A DNA stretch of 64,000 nt from Mobula birostris (GCF_030028105.1 NC_092396.1:17381820-17445819); one strand, 5' to 3'; shown: positions 37,250 to 50,350, counted from the stretch's first letter. Notes: generated by a model from the sequence alone, not told the origin. Numbers and translations: made by a program.

Positions 37250-39267
37250 ACTAAAGGTTCAGAACCTTATTTGATTTTCAATGGGAAATGAACCTAGGCT
37301 TTTCCCCTCATAAAATGATTGTTTCCTCACATCCCAATCCTAAACATGGGGAAAGTAAGTCTGAGGAGGTAGTTTTATTGACAAGGGAGACAACCAGTTC
37401 ACACTTTTCTTGTAGCGGCAAAATATGGGGTGGGGTGGGGGAAAAGGGAATATTCTGGCGGATGAAATTTTGTATTATTTGAATGAGTGACTGAGGAGGC
37501 AAATTAATCTTGTGTGCATTAGTGCAAAGGGGATTGATTGTCAGACATCTTTTAGTACCCACTATATCTTTTATCCCCATAATTACATCTAGCTAGCCTA
37601 GATCATTGGTTATAGTGGTAAGACACAGAAAACAAAGATGGGCAAGAAGGTGAGATGTACAGTAAGGGGAGGATTCTCATTTCATTTACTTTATCCGTAG
37701 GCAAAAGTTTTGGAGCTATTTCTCGTAAGTGAGTTTACTAATGTCAGGATTGAGAAGATCCAAATTGGCAAGTATCCGTAGGATAAAAGAGAAAATAAAA
37801 ATGCAGGTACAATATTTTACGGCAATATACATTTTGCAGTATATAGAGAAGGAAGGTTGCACAAGAAAGACAATCCCCTTCATGTAGCTAGAAGACCAGA
37901 TTAAAAAAAACAGATGAATGATATGGGGACACTTCAATAGACAGTGATCTCCTAATCACATAAACTTTTAGCTTGACTTACTATTCTGAATTAATTCCAG
38001 TACGTTGCCATAACAGATCTAATGTACCATCAACAGATAGAATTTAAAAAAAACAGCACATCTGAACTAAATTGTAAACAGACTTTTTAAACAGCTAACT
38101 TTCAACCAGCAGTTTAATGTTATTGTCTGTAAACAACATAAAGATGGAAATCAATTCAATGACCATTTAAAAACTAGCTCCTAAGGATCTTATTTTCTCC
38201 TTCTCACTGTAGGAGTTTGTTTTTAAGTACCAAATGTTAGGCATCAGAAACTGTGTAAAGTCTGCTCAAAAATAATAAAAAAGAAATAATCTTAAAAAAG
38301 AATTCCAAGTTGCTTTCCCCATTCCAAATCCTTCTAGTAATGTCAGTCACACTACAAAAAAAAATGAACCCACCCATCAAATGTTTTAACACAGTTATCT
38401 ACCTTTCCAGAAAGAATATTTAGTTCTGGTTCAATTGTTATTGACTTTTTTTAATGCAGGTGGGCAAATTATATCGTTGGTACCAAAAAGGGCATTGTTT
38501 TCTCTTGATGCAACAGTAAAATCCAGGAAATATGAAAAAAAAAGGCAAACATCACTTGTGAAGAAAGATGTTATAGCATCAAATGCGTATCCTGGCTGGA
38601 AATTAAGATACTTTAATCCACCTTTACTGACTGAATATGAAAGAGTTGAAGTGTATTTACAGCATCTTTAGGTTTTATTGCACTGTTAAATGCCAGGCTA
38701 CTAGTTAAAGGTATTACTTATTTTTCCCCCTTTCTCAATTTAGAGTGTTTTAAGGCTTTGTCTATTGCACTGGGCCCCTTTTGTTTGCTTGAGACTCTTA
38801 ATAACAAAGGAGTGCAGAGGAAGGAAGATGAGAATGATGAACTAAGATTATTGCCATCCTTACTTTCTCTTGTGGATTTTCTTATTTTGTACTCAGAGGT
38901 GGTGGAGTCAGGGTGATAACCAACAGAAGGCTCAGAAGGGTAAAGGAAATGTTGTTTGTAGTTGGCATGTTTGCCCCCACCTCCCACACCACCCCACCCC
39001 CGATGCCCAAATTCCATCCCATGATAGACTAGCCAAGACTATAATTGATATAGTAGTCTTGTAGGTTCTGAAATGGAAATCATGAGGGTGTGCAGAAAGA
39101 AAGTCAAAAAAGCAGGCAATTCTTGCATGAATGGGTGGAAGTCTCCAAGCAAGTCCATCAGGATGTTTGTCTTAAAAAAAGGCTTGTTTTTTTGCCTCAT
39201 TATCATTTCAAGATTCTCTTTTCTCTTTCCCAGGTATAAAACAAATCAAGAAAAAGCTTCTGACACC

Positions 39268-39494
39268 TCAGTCAAGGAAATGCTTTCTGCAGCCGGTCCG
39301 GGACCGGTTTGATCGTCGAATATCACATTTGGAGTCTCGGCACCTTTGACAGACATACACCTCCGGGACATTGGACTTGCGGATTTTTGCACAGGACAGG
39401 TGGATCCAGGTACCACACTCATTACACTCTATCATTGGACGTCCAGCAAATGGCTTCATGCAGTAACACGTCACCAGATCCCAAGAATCATCAT
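39268..39494 (-). CDS. PHF13: PHF13 exon 4 (PHD finger, stop codon)
   Basis: gaacag|AT GAT GAT TCT TGG...; [75 protein letters not shown]. Confidence 0.97.
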
Positions 39495-41594
39495 CTGTTC
39501 AGGGGAGAACTTTCAAAAGTTAATTATCTCACATCAGGTAATAACATCTTGCAAATATTCACATCAGTTTTCACAAGGTGAGGAACCCCTTGACAGTTGA
39601 TTTGGATTGTATTTGTTATTATGAAGGAGAAAACTACACATTCCTTTGTGCATAACTGTTTTCATATATAACAAAGTGACAATAACCAGGTTAACCAATG
39701 ACAGTTAAGAGATAAATATTGATGAGTATAGTGGTTAGGAATTTTTATTTTTACACCCAACTCAGAAGGCAAATGAAGCCTCAGTTTGCCATCTCAATTT
39801 AAATGTCACACTCATTAAAATGTTGCACTTTCTCAGTATTGACACTATAAATGTAAGCCCAGATCTTTTGTTCAAGTGCATGGAATGCACCTTGATCTTG
39901 AGGCAAATGTTATCCATGCACTGTATTGGGACCTGTATGGTCACTGAAGTGAAGCATAAAAGGGCAGCCAGAAGACTTAATTTTAAGTACATTAATCAAT
40001 GGCCAAGGACAACAATATTTCTCAGTCCTAGTTTGAGCAGGACCACCTCTACTTTGACTGTTTGACCAAATTTCTGCTTTTCTGATGAGAATTACTACAT
40101 CTGTGGAAATAGGTTGGGGTAACAGCTGTCATATCAAAAAAAAGCATGAGAGCAAATGAAAATGATGCTGACCTATTGATCTACTTTGATTTGTAACCTT
40201 CAATATCCTGATCTTAAAGATTAATTGAAATAATTCATTACAGTTTTCTATAGACTTTCTCTTCCCTTGTATGATTTGCTTTCAGGTCATCCTAACAGCC
40301 AAGTTCTAATGTCAAAGTTATTCCCCTTTCCTCCAGACCAGGGATTCCCAAATTTTTTTAAACCATGGACCCCAAATTGAGAACTCCTGCTCATCACTAA
40401 AGTAAATAGCTTCTATCTAATTTCTTTCTATCAGATCAAACCTTTTATTATCTTACATACTCTGAATAGATCATACATAATCTGAACAAATATAATTTGA
40501 ACATTAGAGCAAAATGGGAATCAGCTTTGCCCAATAACCATCAAGTGAAGAATTGGCTTAGTGTGAAAATACATAAAGTCTTACTAACCAAGAAGACCTC
40601 AAGTTGTCACAGAGTTTGTTGATCTTAAGAAAGGCTCAAAGCAAGTTAAAACCAGTCTTGGTGATAACTGAGGTACAAAGAGATTGCTCATGTGCCCTCT
40701 ACTGGAAGGTGCCTGTACAATCATAATTGCCATATAAAAAAGACTGGATGTGATTTCCCCACAAGTTTAAATTCCAAGTGGCTTAATTTATAAACTACAG
40801 AAAAAGGTGAAGGGAGGAAGGAGCTGGTATGCTCCAAACAGCAATAGAATCAAACCCAAGCAACGTTCTAGAGATAGAGTTTTGGACATGATTGCTCATG
40901 AAGAGAGCAAGCCATTTAGTTTTTGTAAATTGAACTCCAGAATTTACTGCATGATGTACACTAAACGACAGGGATTAATAAGTGAACCTTTTAATCTATG
41001 TGCGTTTGTGATGGGTAAGTAGTTGCCAAACACACAAACCAATGATAATAATGAACGGGCTCCATGCAATAAAGCGAGTGCTGTCACTAGTTATTTGTAT
41101 GTTTATGACATATTTATTCCAAACACCAGAGTCATGTCCTGATCCTTGCTAGTCCTAGAGATTACAAATACATCCCAAGAATTGATGAGGTACCATTCAT
41201 CACATGGGTATGGCAATCAAAAGCTGGCCTTTGTCACAATGCTTAAGGGTTAATTCTTATGCCACGATGCTCAAGGGTTAATGCTTAATTGGTTATCAAT
41301 TTGTAAATTATATAATCTGCTGTTAGTTTTGGTGGTTAATAGTTTGAAAATAAACCACCTATCTGTAGATTTATCATGGTGTGTTACTCCATTGATGATT
41401 ACACATTACTAAGGACAGACATGTGTCACCTCAGTTAACCCAGTCAACCCAGGGGACATTACTTGTCCACACAACCTAACCTCAGGTTTGAACAATTGTA
41501 CCAGCCAAAGCAGAAGACACACATTGAGTCTGTAACACAGATACATACACACAAGGATGACCATCAGTAACAGCCATCAGTACATGGCACTCAC

Positions 41595-42192
41595 CAGAAT
41601 CCACCATGATATCCTCGTCATTGCCTGTTGTATCCACATCCCTGAACACAACCTGCTTTCCCTGACGGAAAACAGTTCTGTGTCGTTCCACTTTTTCACT
41701 TTTTATCATCTCATTTATTGTTTCTGTTGCAGTAACTGGCACAAAAGAACCGTCCTGGCCTTCACTTGGGAAGTCTGTGAGGGGCTCAGGAGCAAGAGAT
41801 ACTGTGTTAATAGGAAGTGGTGCTGTGTCCACTGCATGTTCAGTGAGTTCTTGTTTGGTCACTGGATCCAAGTTGGGTGATTCCTGCTTGACAGATTCCT
41901 CAACGTGCTGTTCTTCTATCCTCGGGCTTTCCTCTTTTGTCCTCACCTTGTGCTTCCTCTTCATCTTGTCAGACTTCCTACGATTGAAGGCAGGCAGCAG
42001 GAAGCCACCAGATTTGTGATGCTTAAGAAATGAATAAGGTTTGGCTCGCTTGAAGCTTGTTAGAGTTTTCCTGCGTTTAGCCTTGGAAGGAACAGACAAT
42101 GGAAGATCATTGTAGCGAAGATCCCAGGGCTCACTATCTGCTGTGCTGCCTGTGCTGTTAGGAGGACTGGAGCTGGTCCGTAGAGGCAAATC
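41595..42192 (-). CDS. PHF13: PHF13 exon 3 (598 nt)
   Basis: ctcttcag|GATTTGCCT...GATTCTG|gtgagt; DLPLRTSSSPPNSTGST...RKSDKMKRK...RQGKQVVFRDVDTTGNDEDIMVDS. Confidence 0.95.
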
Positions 42193-43209
42193 CTGAAGAG
42201 AAAAAAAGGTAACACATCTTATCAGGTCAAAGAATAACGAGGAGTCCAGCATTGTTCAATAGAAAGAACTCTCATCTAACAGTCAGAAAGATGTGCGATC
42301 AAGTCCAACTTAAAAATCTTGAGCGCACAATCTGGGCTGACAATCTTGAGCTGAATGGAGAATGGAAGCAGGCTACTTGGGGCATGCATCAATTTTCTTT
42401 AGCCCTTACACAATTATTTTTGAATCCATGACCTAAGACAGTAACACCTCTATCAATAAAAATGGATCATTTTGGTGCAGCCTGTCACTTGCATGATACT
42501 TGCAGGATCTGGTTAAAATTTGTTTTGACCATGGTTGGGGGTGGCAGTGTGGTGAAGGAGAAGATAGAGAAATTCAGGAGGGGTCAGAGGGATGGAGAAA
42601 CAAAAATGTAGTTAGTGAGTGGGGAGTGAAATGAGCTGGCCAAAAGATAAAGGGAAGGCTAAATGAGGTGGGGGGGAAGCAGGAGGGGGTAGGGAAAGGG
42701 TGAGAGGTATTGAAGAGAAAAGAGGGAGAGGATGAGGAGTTGAGAATGGAGTTAGTGAGGATGGGCAGTTGGTTGTTAGAGGGAAAGAAAGGACAGAGGG
42801 ACTGAAGAGGTGGGCATAAATGAGTGAGGTCAAGGCTGATTCACCTCAACATTTTCTTTCCTCATCTCCATCTCCTTCAATTTCTTTCATAATCAGAAAT
42901 CTATAAATCGCAGATTCTGTATGGAATCAGCATTTGAATCTTTATAGCACTCAAGGGTACACAATCTCCAAGATTTGGGGAGAAAACAGGGGAATGGAGT
43001 TTTAAAAAATCAGCCATGAATGAACGGTAGCCAGACTCGATGGGCTGAATGGCTTAATTCCGCTGCCATATCTACTGCCTTAAGGAATTTTGATTCAATG
43101 AAGTTATCTCTTATTCTTTTAAACTCCAGAGACCTAGAAGACACGAGTTTCTCAAATGTGACTCACTGTCCCAGGGACCAGCCTGACAAATCTTCATAGC
43201 AGGTGTTTA

Positions 43210-43745
43210 CACTCAATGGCATTCACTTTATTAGGTACACCTGCTCATTGATAAATATCAAATCGGCCAATCATGTGGCGGCAACTCAACGCATAAAAGC
43301 ATGCAGACATGGTCAAAAGGTTCAGTTGTTGTTCAGACCAAACATCAGAATGGGATGTGATCTCAGTGACCTTAACTGTGGAATGATTGTTGGTGCCAGA
43401 TGGGGTGGTTTGAATATCTCAGGAACTGCTGATCTCATGGGATTTTCATGCAAACAATCTCTAGAGTTTATAGAGAATGGTTCAATAAACAAACAACATC
43501 CAGCGAGTGGCAGTTCTGTGGATGAATAAAACACCTTGTTATTGAGAGAGGTCAGAGGAGAATGGCCAGACTGGTTCAAGTTGACGGGAAGGTGACAGTA
43601 ACTCAAGTAACTACATGTTACAACAGTGGTGTGCAGAAGAGCAAATCTGAATACACGTTACTTTGAACCTTGAAGTGCATGGGCTACGGCAGTAGAAGAC
43701 CACACTGGGTTCCCCTCCTGCATGTAATAAAGTGGCCACTGAGTG
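43210..43745 (+). mobile_element. Non-autonomous Tc1-like element in PHF13 intron 2
   Basis: TA|CACTCAATGGC...CACTTTATT and AATAAAGTGGCCACTGAGTG|TA termini; HTH remnant CDLSDLNCGMIVGARWGGLNISGTADLMGFS. Confidence 0.82.
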
Positions 43746-43848
43746 TATATTTTTTAAATAAGCAGCATTACCAAAAATTGTACACAGTATTAGAAATGCG
43801 ATCTCATCTAGCTGTACATAAATTGTAGTAAGAATAACCAAAACTCAC

Positions 43849-43950
43849 TTCCTGAGGACAAGGGATATACCCAGCATAAACCAACACAAAAGTGCAGAAT
43901 TTGTTAAAGTCTTCCACTGTTCTGCTCCTCTTATCAGATGGGGAGTAATC
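43849..43950 (-). CDS. PHF13: PHF13 exon 2 (102 nt)
   Basis: cttcccag|GATTAC...CAGGAA|gtgagt; [34 protein letters not shown]. Confidence 0.96.
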
Positions 43951-45299
43951 CTGGGAAGATTCAGAGAGACAAAGAAGGTTAGCAACGTATTTATTCAACA
44001 CTAGATCAGTGGCATTCTGTATGTGTATTGGTAGTCAGGAGTCTTAAAATGTATCTTATGAGTCCTCTTCACTGCCTTTTTCCCTACCTCATTAATAGTC
44101 CAAACAGTACTTTCTCTAACCAATGAGGTACAGTTTCTGCTATTTACCAGTTTAAACTATAGTGTTTTACAGGGACGGTGTGGGCAAAGCAGATTATTGC
44201 TTTGTGTCAGCCATTATTGTGTTACAGTGAATGAAGTTTTCAAACTGATTTCTGTTAAATGTCAGCTGAATTCATTGCAGGACTTTTCTTCTGTCTAGCT
44301 GAAATTTTGCAGATGAAGAGTCAGTCCCTCCACAAGTGCTGCCTGACCCGCTGAGTTCCTCCCGCATTCTAAGTTTTGTAGAAATCTGGGCAAATGTCCA
44401 TAGATACTGCCTCGCCTGCTGAACTCCTCTAGCATCCCGTGTGTTGCTTAACATTTCTAGCTCAATGAGTTTGTCCCAAAAATACGATTAGGCGTTTGTA
44501 AAATGATATTAAGTGCAGCAAGTAAAATAAGCTACATTGGAAATCTGTGCAACTCCTAACTGTGTGGAGAAAAACTGTAAACTGAACTCTGATTTTGTCA
44601 GGAAATGAGGAGAAGGGGAACTGGCGACATCAGAACCCATTAAACATCAAGCAATTAAACATCAAGCAAAAGTGTCCACAATCCTGGCACTCCAGACTTG
44701 CACAGCACCGTGTTTTATCAGCCTGTGCGTAATTTAGATTAGCGCAGAGAGTGCCGACTTCAACAGGAGACACACGCTCATTTTCCCCAGTTGTAAAATG
44801 CCACCTACATCGTAACTTCTCGGTCTAAACATTGTCTACGGCACCACAGATTTAAAGCTGAGCTACCCTGGCAAGCATCCGTTTCCATCAAATCTCACTT
44901 TTAGTACTTCCCCAGGGCTGACCTGCTTACTGTTAACACTCGGTTACACACGTACGAGCACATTTTATACGGTGGGAATTAACAAATCCAAGGGGGTCCA
45001 TCTTTCCTTATACAACAGCTCCGAGTGACTGCACAAACAAAGGGGCCGATTTAGTCTCGTATATTTTAATACAATTTATTAGTAGTAGATCTTTATATTT
45101 GACTGAATTAAGTTGCCACCCAGAGTACCACCGAAAGGATTTTTAAAAAAATACATGGAAGTAGGGGCATTCAAGCATTGGTGAAATTACCCAAGATAGT
45201 GACGGGTGGGGTGCTGTTGGAGTTCGGGGCTGAGGGGGAGAAGAGCAGAGGTCAGTAGATGCAGGAATCATTAACTAGGAAAATGAGATAATTATTTTC

Positions 45300-47500
45300 A
45301 AAAAGGGGGGGGAGACAGAAAAAGGGAAGGGTCAGAGGCAAGATGGCGAATATTCATTATTTTTAAAAAAACACACACAGGGATTGGCGATCTCCCAGGA
45401 ACAGACAGGCAGCAGACATATGAAGGGAGGACATTAAAAACCGGTCTAAAAGGGTAACGTTCCCCCTCCCTCAACAAATCCCCAACTTCAGACAGGCAGC
45501 AATGAAAGGCGGTGGGCGACACGTTATCGCCAACCTATCTCTCCGATTAATAAGGGGTTTAAATATATATGCAAATCAACAAGATGGCGCAAGGCGCTGT
45601 ACTCCGAAACCTCAGGGTCTGAAATCGAATCGCCTGCCGACAGAAATCGACGAAAATTTTCATCTTATAAGTGGAATTTTTTGATTTTACATATACATAA
45701 AAATCAAACACAAGGAGATCCCATAATCTTCAACCGCCCCACCCCCAACCTCAATGCTGTTTAAATCAGATCTTACCTCCGAGTCGAAAGTTGAAGGCGA
45801 TTCAGAATCCATCTCTATAATTATAAAAAGATAAAATAATTATAGATTTTTCCGCTGCTGAAGAGATTTGAGCGAGAGAAGCATAATCCTGCCACGAACC
45901 AAACGAGTTCAGGGTTGGGGGGGGGGATCGCCATGGAGGAGGAAGAGGAGGCGGCGGCAGCGGCGGCGGCAGGTCAAATTTAAAAGTTACCCGAATTTCC
46001 CTAACCTTTTTCTTTCATTTTATTCCTGCACATATTAAGTCTGATATTAAACTGGAATTTAATCGCGTTAGAAGCATTTCGAAAGCCGGTTTGCAGTTAA
46101 AGCAACAAGCCCAGATTGGTGTGGAGCGCTGGGGTGGATCCTATACTAGAAACCTCCTGATTTAAACACAGGAAAGTGTCTGCACACAACTAAAATGAAA
46201 AAAAATAGTCGCTGCTGATACTTCGAATCGATGCTGCCATTTCCCTCTCTTTCTCCGATAAATGAATACGGGATAAACGTTGATCGCGCCTCCAATTAAA
46301 GAGAAAATCCCTATATAATATTGACGACCGTGTTTTTTTTTGCCGGCGATCTCCCAAAATAAAGCTTCTATATAAGGGATAAAGTTAGTTTTGAATCTCT
46401 TAACCATAGCATTTAGAAAGGGGGGAAAATTCCAGGATCTGGAGCCCACCTTGGAAAGATCCCCTGGCGGTGCGGTTTGTTATTTCTGAATAAAAAGATT
46501 TCTCACATTCGAGGCTCTACGGTATCCTTGCAAAATTTAATCGCTATCGAAGGAAGAAAATTATAATTAAAAATAAATGGATACCTTTCTCCGGTCCGAA
46601 TGATACAATGTAACAAAATCCTGATGTCAACCCTTAATCTCCATGCAAATGAAGCCCCGACCATTCTATTCCCAGTCCGGGGTGGGAGGGGTGTAGGAAG
46701 CGTCCATTCATCTTCTTAAAACGTGAACTAAAACAATGGGATTCATACATATATATTAATTATATCCTAAATTAGATGTATCTGTGCTATTTTGTTTACT
46801 GTGAACTAATAGATTCTGTTAAACAAGGGATCTCTCCTTCGCCTTTACCCCCTCCTTTCTTTGGTTTATGTTTGTGACCGGACCAACCCCCAGAAATAGT
46901 TGCAAACTGGAATTTGCAATAAGTTTTTTTTCCCCACCCTTATCTCCGAATTTATTTCTAAAGTATAGAGAGGGGGTTGGCGAGATTAGTTGGTCGTGAG
47001 GCTATCGGGTTAAGATTTCCGGTAAGTGCAAGTGATTTTACTCTTCGTTTTCTACGTCGTTTCTCGGGACTGCCTCCCCGCTCTTGTTGCAGGGGCGGGG
47101 AATGGGGCAGAGCAGAGAAATCCCAGACGCGCCAGGAAACGGATCCCGTCAGTTTCGTCGCCTCTTCAGTCTCCCATGTCTTCCCTCCAGCAATATAGCC
47201 TGCACCTCCAGGTAGCCGAGGGTTAACCGGGGAAATTTATACCTTACAGTTATTTTTATTTTGCTGTCGTTCAATATGCAGGAATCGTTTTAAATTGTGT
47301 ATTTCTTTTTTCTAAAGAATAGGGATCGTGTTTTTTTGTTTTGCATTGCTCTTAACGACGAGGTTGTATCGAGGTTCCAGTATCTTGTGGATTAGCGATA
47401 TCCACGTGTTGGGGAGACAGCGACAGGGTGTTTCTGGTGACGTGTGCGCTTCTGAGATTCCAAATCTCTCATTCACTCTCCCTTGTTCGTACGTGTGGGC
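45300..47500. promoter_or_regulatory. CpG-rich promoter region of PHF13, probably bidirectional
   Basis: CpG retention; GGC-rich run at 45948-45972; YY1-type CAAGATGGCG at about 45339 and 45580; ATGCAAAT at 45569 and 46643; GATTGG (CCAAT) at about 46114; GC box GGGGCGGGG at 47092-47100. Confidence 0.65.
45777..45812 (-). CDS. PHF13: PHF13 exon 1 coding part (36 nt)
   Basis: gagATG GAT TCT GAA TCG CCT TCA ACT TTC GAC TCG GAG|gtaaga; MDSESPSTFDSE, compared with human MDSDSCAAAFHPE. Total CDS 963 nt. Confidence 0.88.
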
Positions 47501-48329
47501 TATTTTTGGCTTTCATTTACCCAGATTTTTATATTAAAAAAATAGCTGATTGTTATAGTTCCGCCAGGTTTATTTATTAGCTTTTATTAATTCGAGAATT
47601 TCCTTCCAAACTGATATCGTAGTGATTTCGTTTTTCATCATTAAGCTGCCTGTTATTTTAATTCAGTTGCAATGTTGGGGGTTTATATATAGAATATCAG
47701 AGGATGACTTACAGGCCTGAGATTTCATGGGGGATGGGAGTCAGATGATTCTGGAGTAAGGGAAGAAATGAGTGGCGGGTCTTTGCGTGGCTGGTTTCCG
47801 AGTGTGGAATGTTTTCACTTCAAACCGACCACAGGACAGTTAAGCGCATGGAGGCCATCGGCCTGTCGAGGCTATAGAGGCACGATCTAGGTGGTCTCTG
47901 CAAATATTTTTAGATACTTTTCCGACTCCTTTTTGGTAACTGCAATTGATTCTGAATGTAACTTGTGATGCATCCAGATTTTATTCGCTTGCTACATTGT
48001 TTCCTTTGTCACAATCATCTTCATCCTTTGCCCCGCTTTCCCTCCCCCCCCCCCAGTCTGGAACCCTTCTGCAACAGTATACTTCACGATTTTAAATACC
48101 TCTATCCGATTTCCTGTCAGACTTCAGTGTTCCGAGAAGCCAATCCCAACATCAGTCCTTGTACATTACCAAGGTCCCTCATCCCTGAAATACTTTTAGC
48201 AGATCTCTTACGTACCCTTTCCAGTGCACTTTAATCTTTATTGAAGTGTGGCTAGAAATGGATATGGTACTGTTCACAAACTCTTCTGTTAAGACAATGT
48301 AGCAGGACGGACTTGCTCTCTGCGACCAT

Positions 48330-49178
48330 AATCAGAATCGGGTTTATTATCACTGGCGTGTGTCCTGAAAGTTGTTAACTTAACAGCAACTGTTCATTGC
48401 AATACATAATATAAAAGGGGAAAAATAGTAATAAATAAATAAATAAATCAGTTACCGTATACGTATATTGAATAGATTAAAATCGTGCAAAAACATAAAT
48501 AATATATATTAAAGTGAGGTAGTGTTCAAGGGTTCAATATCCATTTAGGAATCTGATGGCAGGGGGGAAGAAGCTGTTCCTGCATCGCTGAGTGTGTGCC
48601 TTCAGGCTTCTGTACCTCCTACCTGATGGTAACAGTGAGAAAACGGCATGCCCTTGGTGCTGGAGGTCCTTAATAATGGAAGTTACCTTTCTGAGATACT
48701 ACTCCTTGAAGATGTCCTGGGTACTTTGTAGGCTAGTACCCAAGAGGGAGCTAACTAAATTTATGACCCTCTGCAACTTCTTTTGGTCTTGTGCAGTAGC
48801 TCCCACCCCCCCCCCCATACCAGACAGTGATGCAGCCTGTCAGAATATGCTCCATGGTACATCTATAGAAGTTTTTGAGTGTATTTGTTGACATACTAAA
48901 TCTCTTCAAACTCCTAATAAAGTATAGCAGCTGTCTTTATAACTGCATCAATATGTTGGGACCAGGTTAGGTCTTCTGAGATCTTTTACACCAAGGAACT
49001 TGAACTGCTCACTCTCTCCACTTCTGATCCCTTTGAGGATTGGTATGTGTTCCTTCGTTTTACCCTTCCTGAAGTCCACAATCAGCTCTTTCGTCTAATA
49101 ACTTTGAGTGCCAGGTTGTTGCTGCAGCACCACTCCACTAGTTGGCATATCTTGCTCCTGTACGCCCTCTCGCCACCA
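48330..49178 (-). mobile_element. Rex1/Babar-type LINE 3' fragment
   Basis: (AATCAG) tail at 48330; the reverse complement is homologous to 59620-60200. Confidence 0.72.
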
Positions 49179-49469
49179 TTTATAAAGGCCATTTTTAAAA
49201 ATCACTTTCTTGATTTGGAGTTGCTTCAACAAACTGTATATGTATCCACAGATCTTTGTTCTTGAGCAGTACCATTTTTAGAACTGTGCTACTTCGTTTA
49301 CATTGCCTCTCATTTTTCCTATGACTTGTAACATTGACAGCATTAAATTTAATCTATCACCTATCAACAGCCTACCAACCTGTTTCCTTGGAACCCATTG
49401 TAATACCTTAACACAAAAGAGGAGGGAGATGAAACGCAGGAAACTACAGCCTGTTTGCTTAACACAAGT

Positions 49470-49905
49470 CAACAGCATCCATCATCAAGGCCCCACACCA
49501 ATCCAGGCCATGCTCTCTTCTCGCTGCTTCCATTGGAGTGGAGGTACAGGAGCCACACCACCAGGTTCAGGAACTGTTATTACCCTTCAGCCATCTGGCT
49601 CCCAAACCAGCATGGATAACTTCACTCCCTTCAGCACTGAACTGATTCTACAATCTATTGACTTACTTTCAAGAACTGTACAACTCGTGTTCTCAGTATT
49701 ATTTTATTATTATTTGTTTTTCTTTTTGTATTTTCACAGTTTATTGTCTTGTGCACATCGTCTGTCTTTGTTTTTCATTGACTTTATTGTGTTTCTTCAT
49801 ATGTACTGTGTATGTAGTAGTGCAGAGACACAACACTTGCAAGAAAATAGATCTCAGGATAGATGACATATACATACCTTGATAATAAATTTACTTTGAA
49901 CTTTG
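49470..49905 (+). mobile_element. Rex1/Babar-type LINE 3' end
   Basis: 'caccaggttcaggaactgttattaccc...gataataaatttactttgaactttga', shared with 60100-60523 and 62500-62870. Confidence 0.72.
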
Positions 49906-50029
49906 ATCTGTTGTCGGGAAAATATTAGAAGCTACTGTTAAAGGTGTAACAGGGCAGTTTAGAAAATTCAAGGTAATTATGCAAAGTCAAAATATGTCTG
50001 TGAAAGGGAAATTGTGGGCACCCTCAAGG

Positions 50030-50350
50030 CACAGTGGTGTAGCTAGAAAGAGCTGCTTACGGTTCCACAACCCGGATTCAGTCCTGATCTTTGATGTTTG
50101 GAGTTTGCATACTTTCACTGTGACTGCATAGGTTTCTTCTAAGTGCTCCTGATTCCTCCAGAGATGTGCGGGTTGGTAGGTGAATTGGCCCCTATAAATT
50201 GCCCTGAAGTGTAGGTAAGTGGTAGGATATGGGGGAGTTGACAGAAATCTGGGGGGGAACTAGGAGTAATCTCGGATTAGTGTAAGTAGATGCTTGATGG
50301 CTAGCACAGACTCAGTGGGCCAAAGAGCCTGTTTTAATCTATCACTCTCT
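50030..50350 (+). mobile_element. tRNA-derived SINE with CR1-like tail, inside an old CR1 fragment
   Basis: Head 'ggcacagtggtgtagc', core 'ggagtttgcatac...ggtttcttctaagtgctcc', 3' end 'gactcagtgggccaaagagcctgtttt'. Confidence 0.65.

Noticed and set aside
41482-42252. 256-aa ORF as a standalone gene
   Set aside because: It is PHF13 exon 3 plus read-through into both flanking introns; the splice sites define 41595-42192.
42530-42830. Purine-rich tract with a Pro/Leu/Ser-rich antisense ORF
   Set aside because: Low-complexity intronic sequence with no splice or homology support.
46598-46626. C/D box snoRNA-like ATGATA...CTGA
   Set aside because: The C box is imperfect, the spacing is too short, there is no terminal stem, and it is not inside a known intron.
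49303-49866. 187-aa ORF on the + strand
   Set aside because: It runs through a LINE 3' end and T-rich tail, with no recognisable protein and low-complexity composition.
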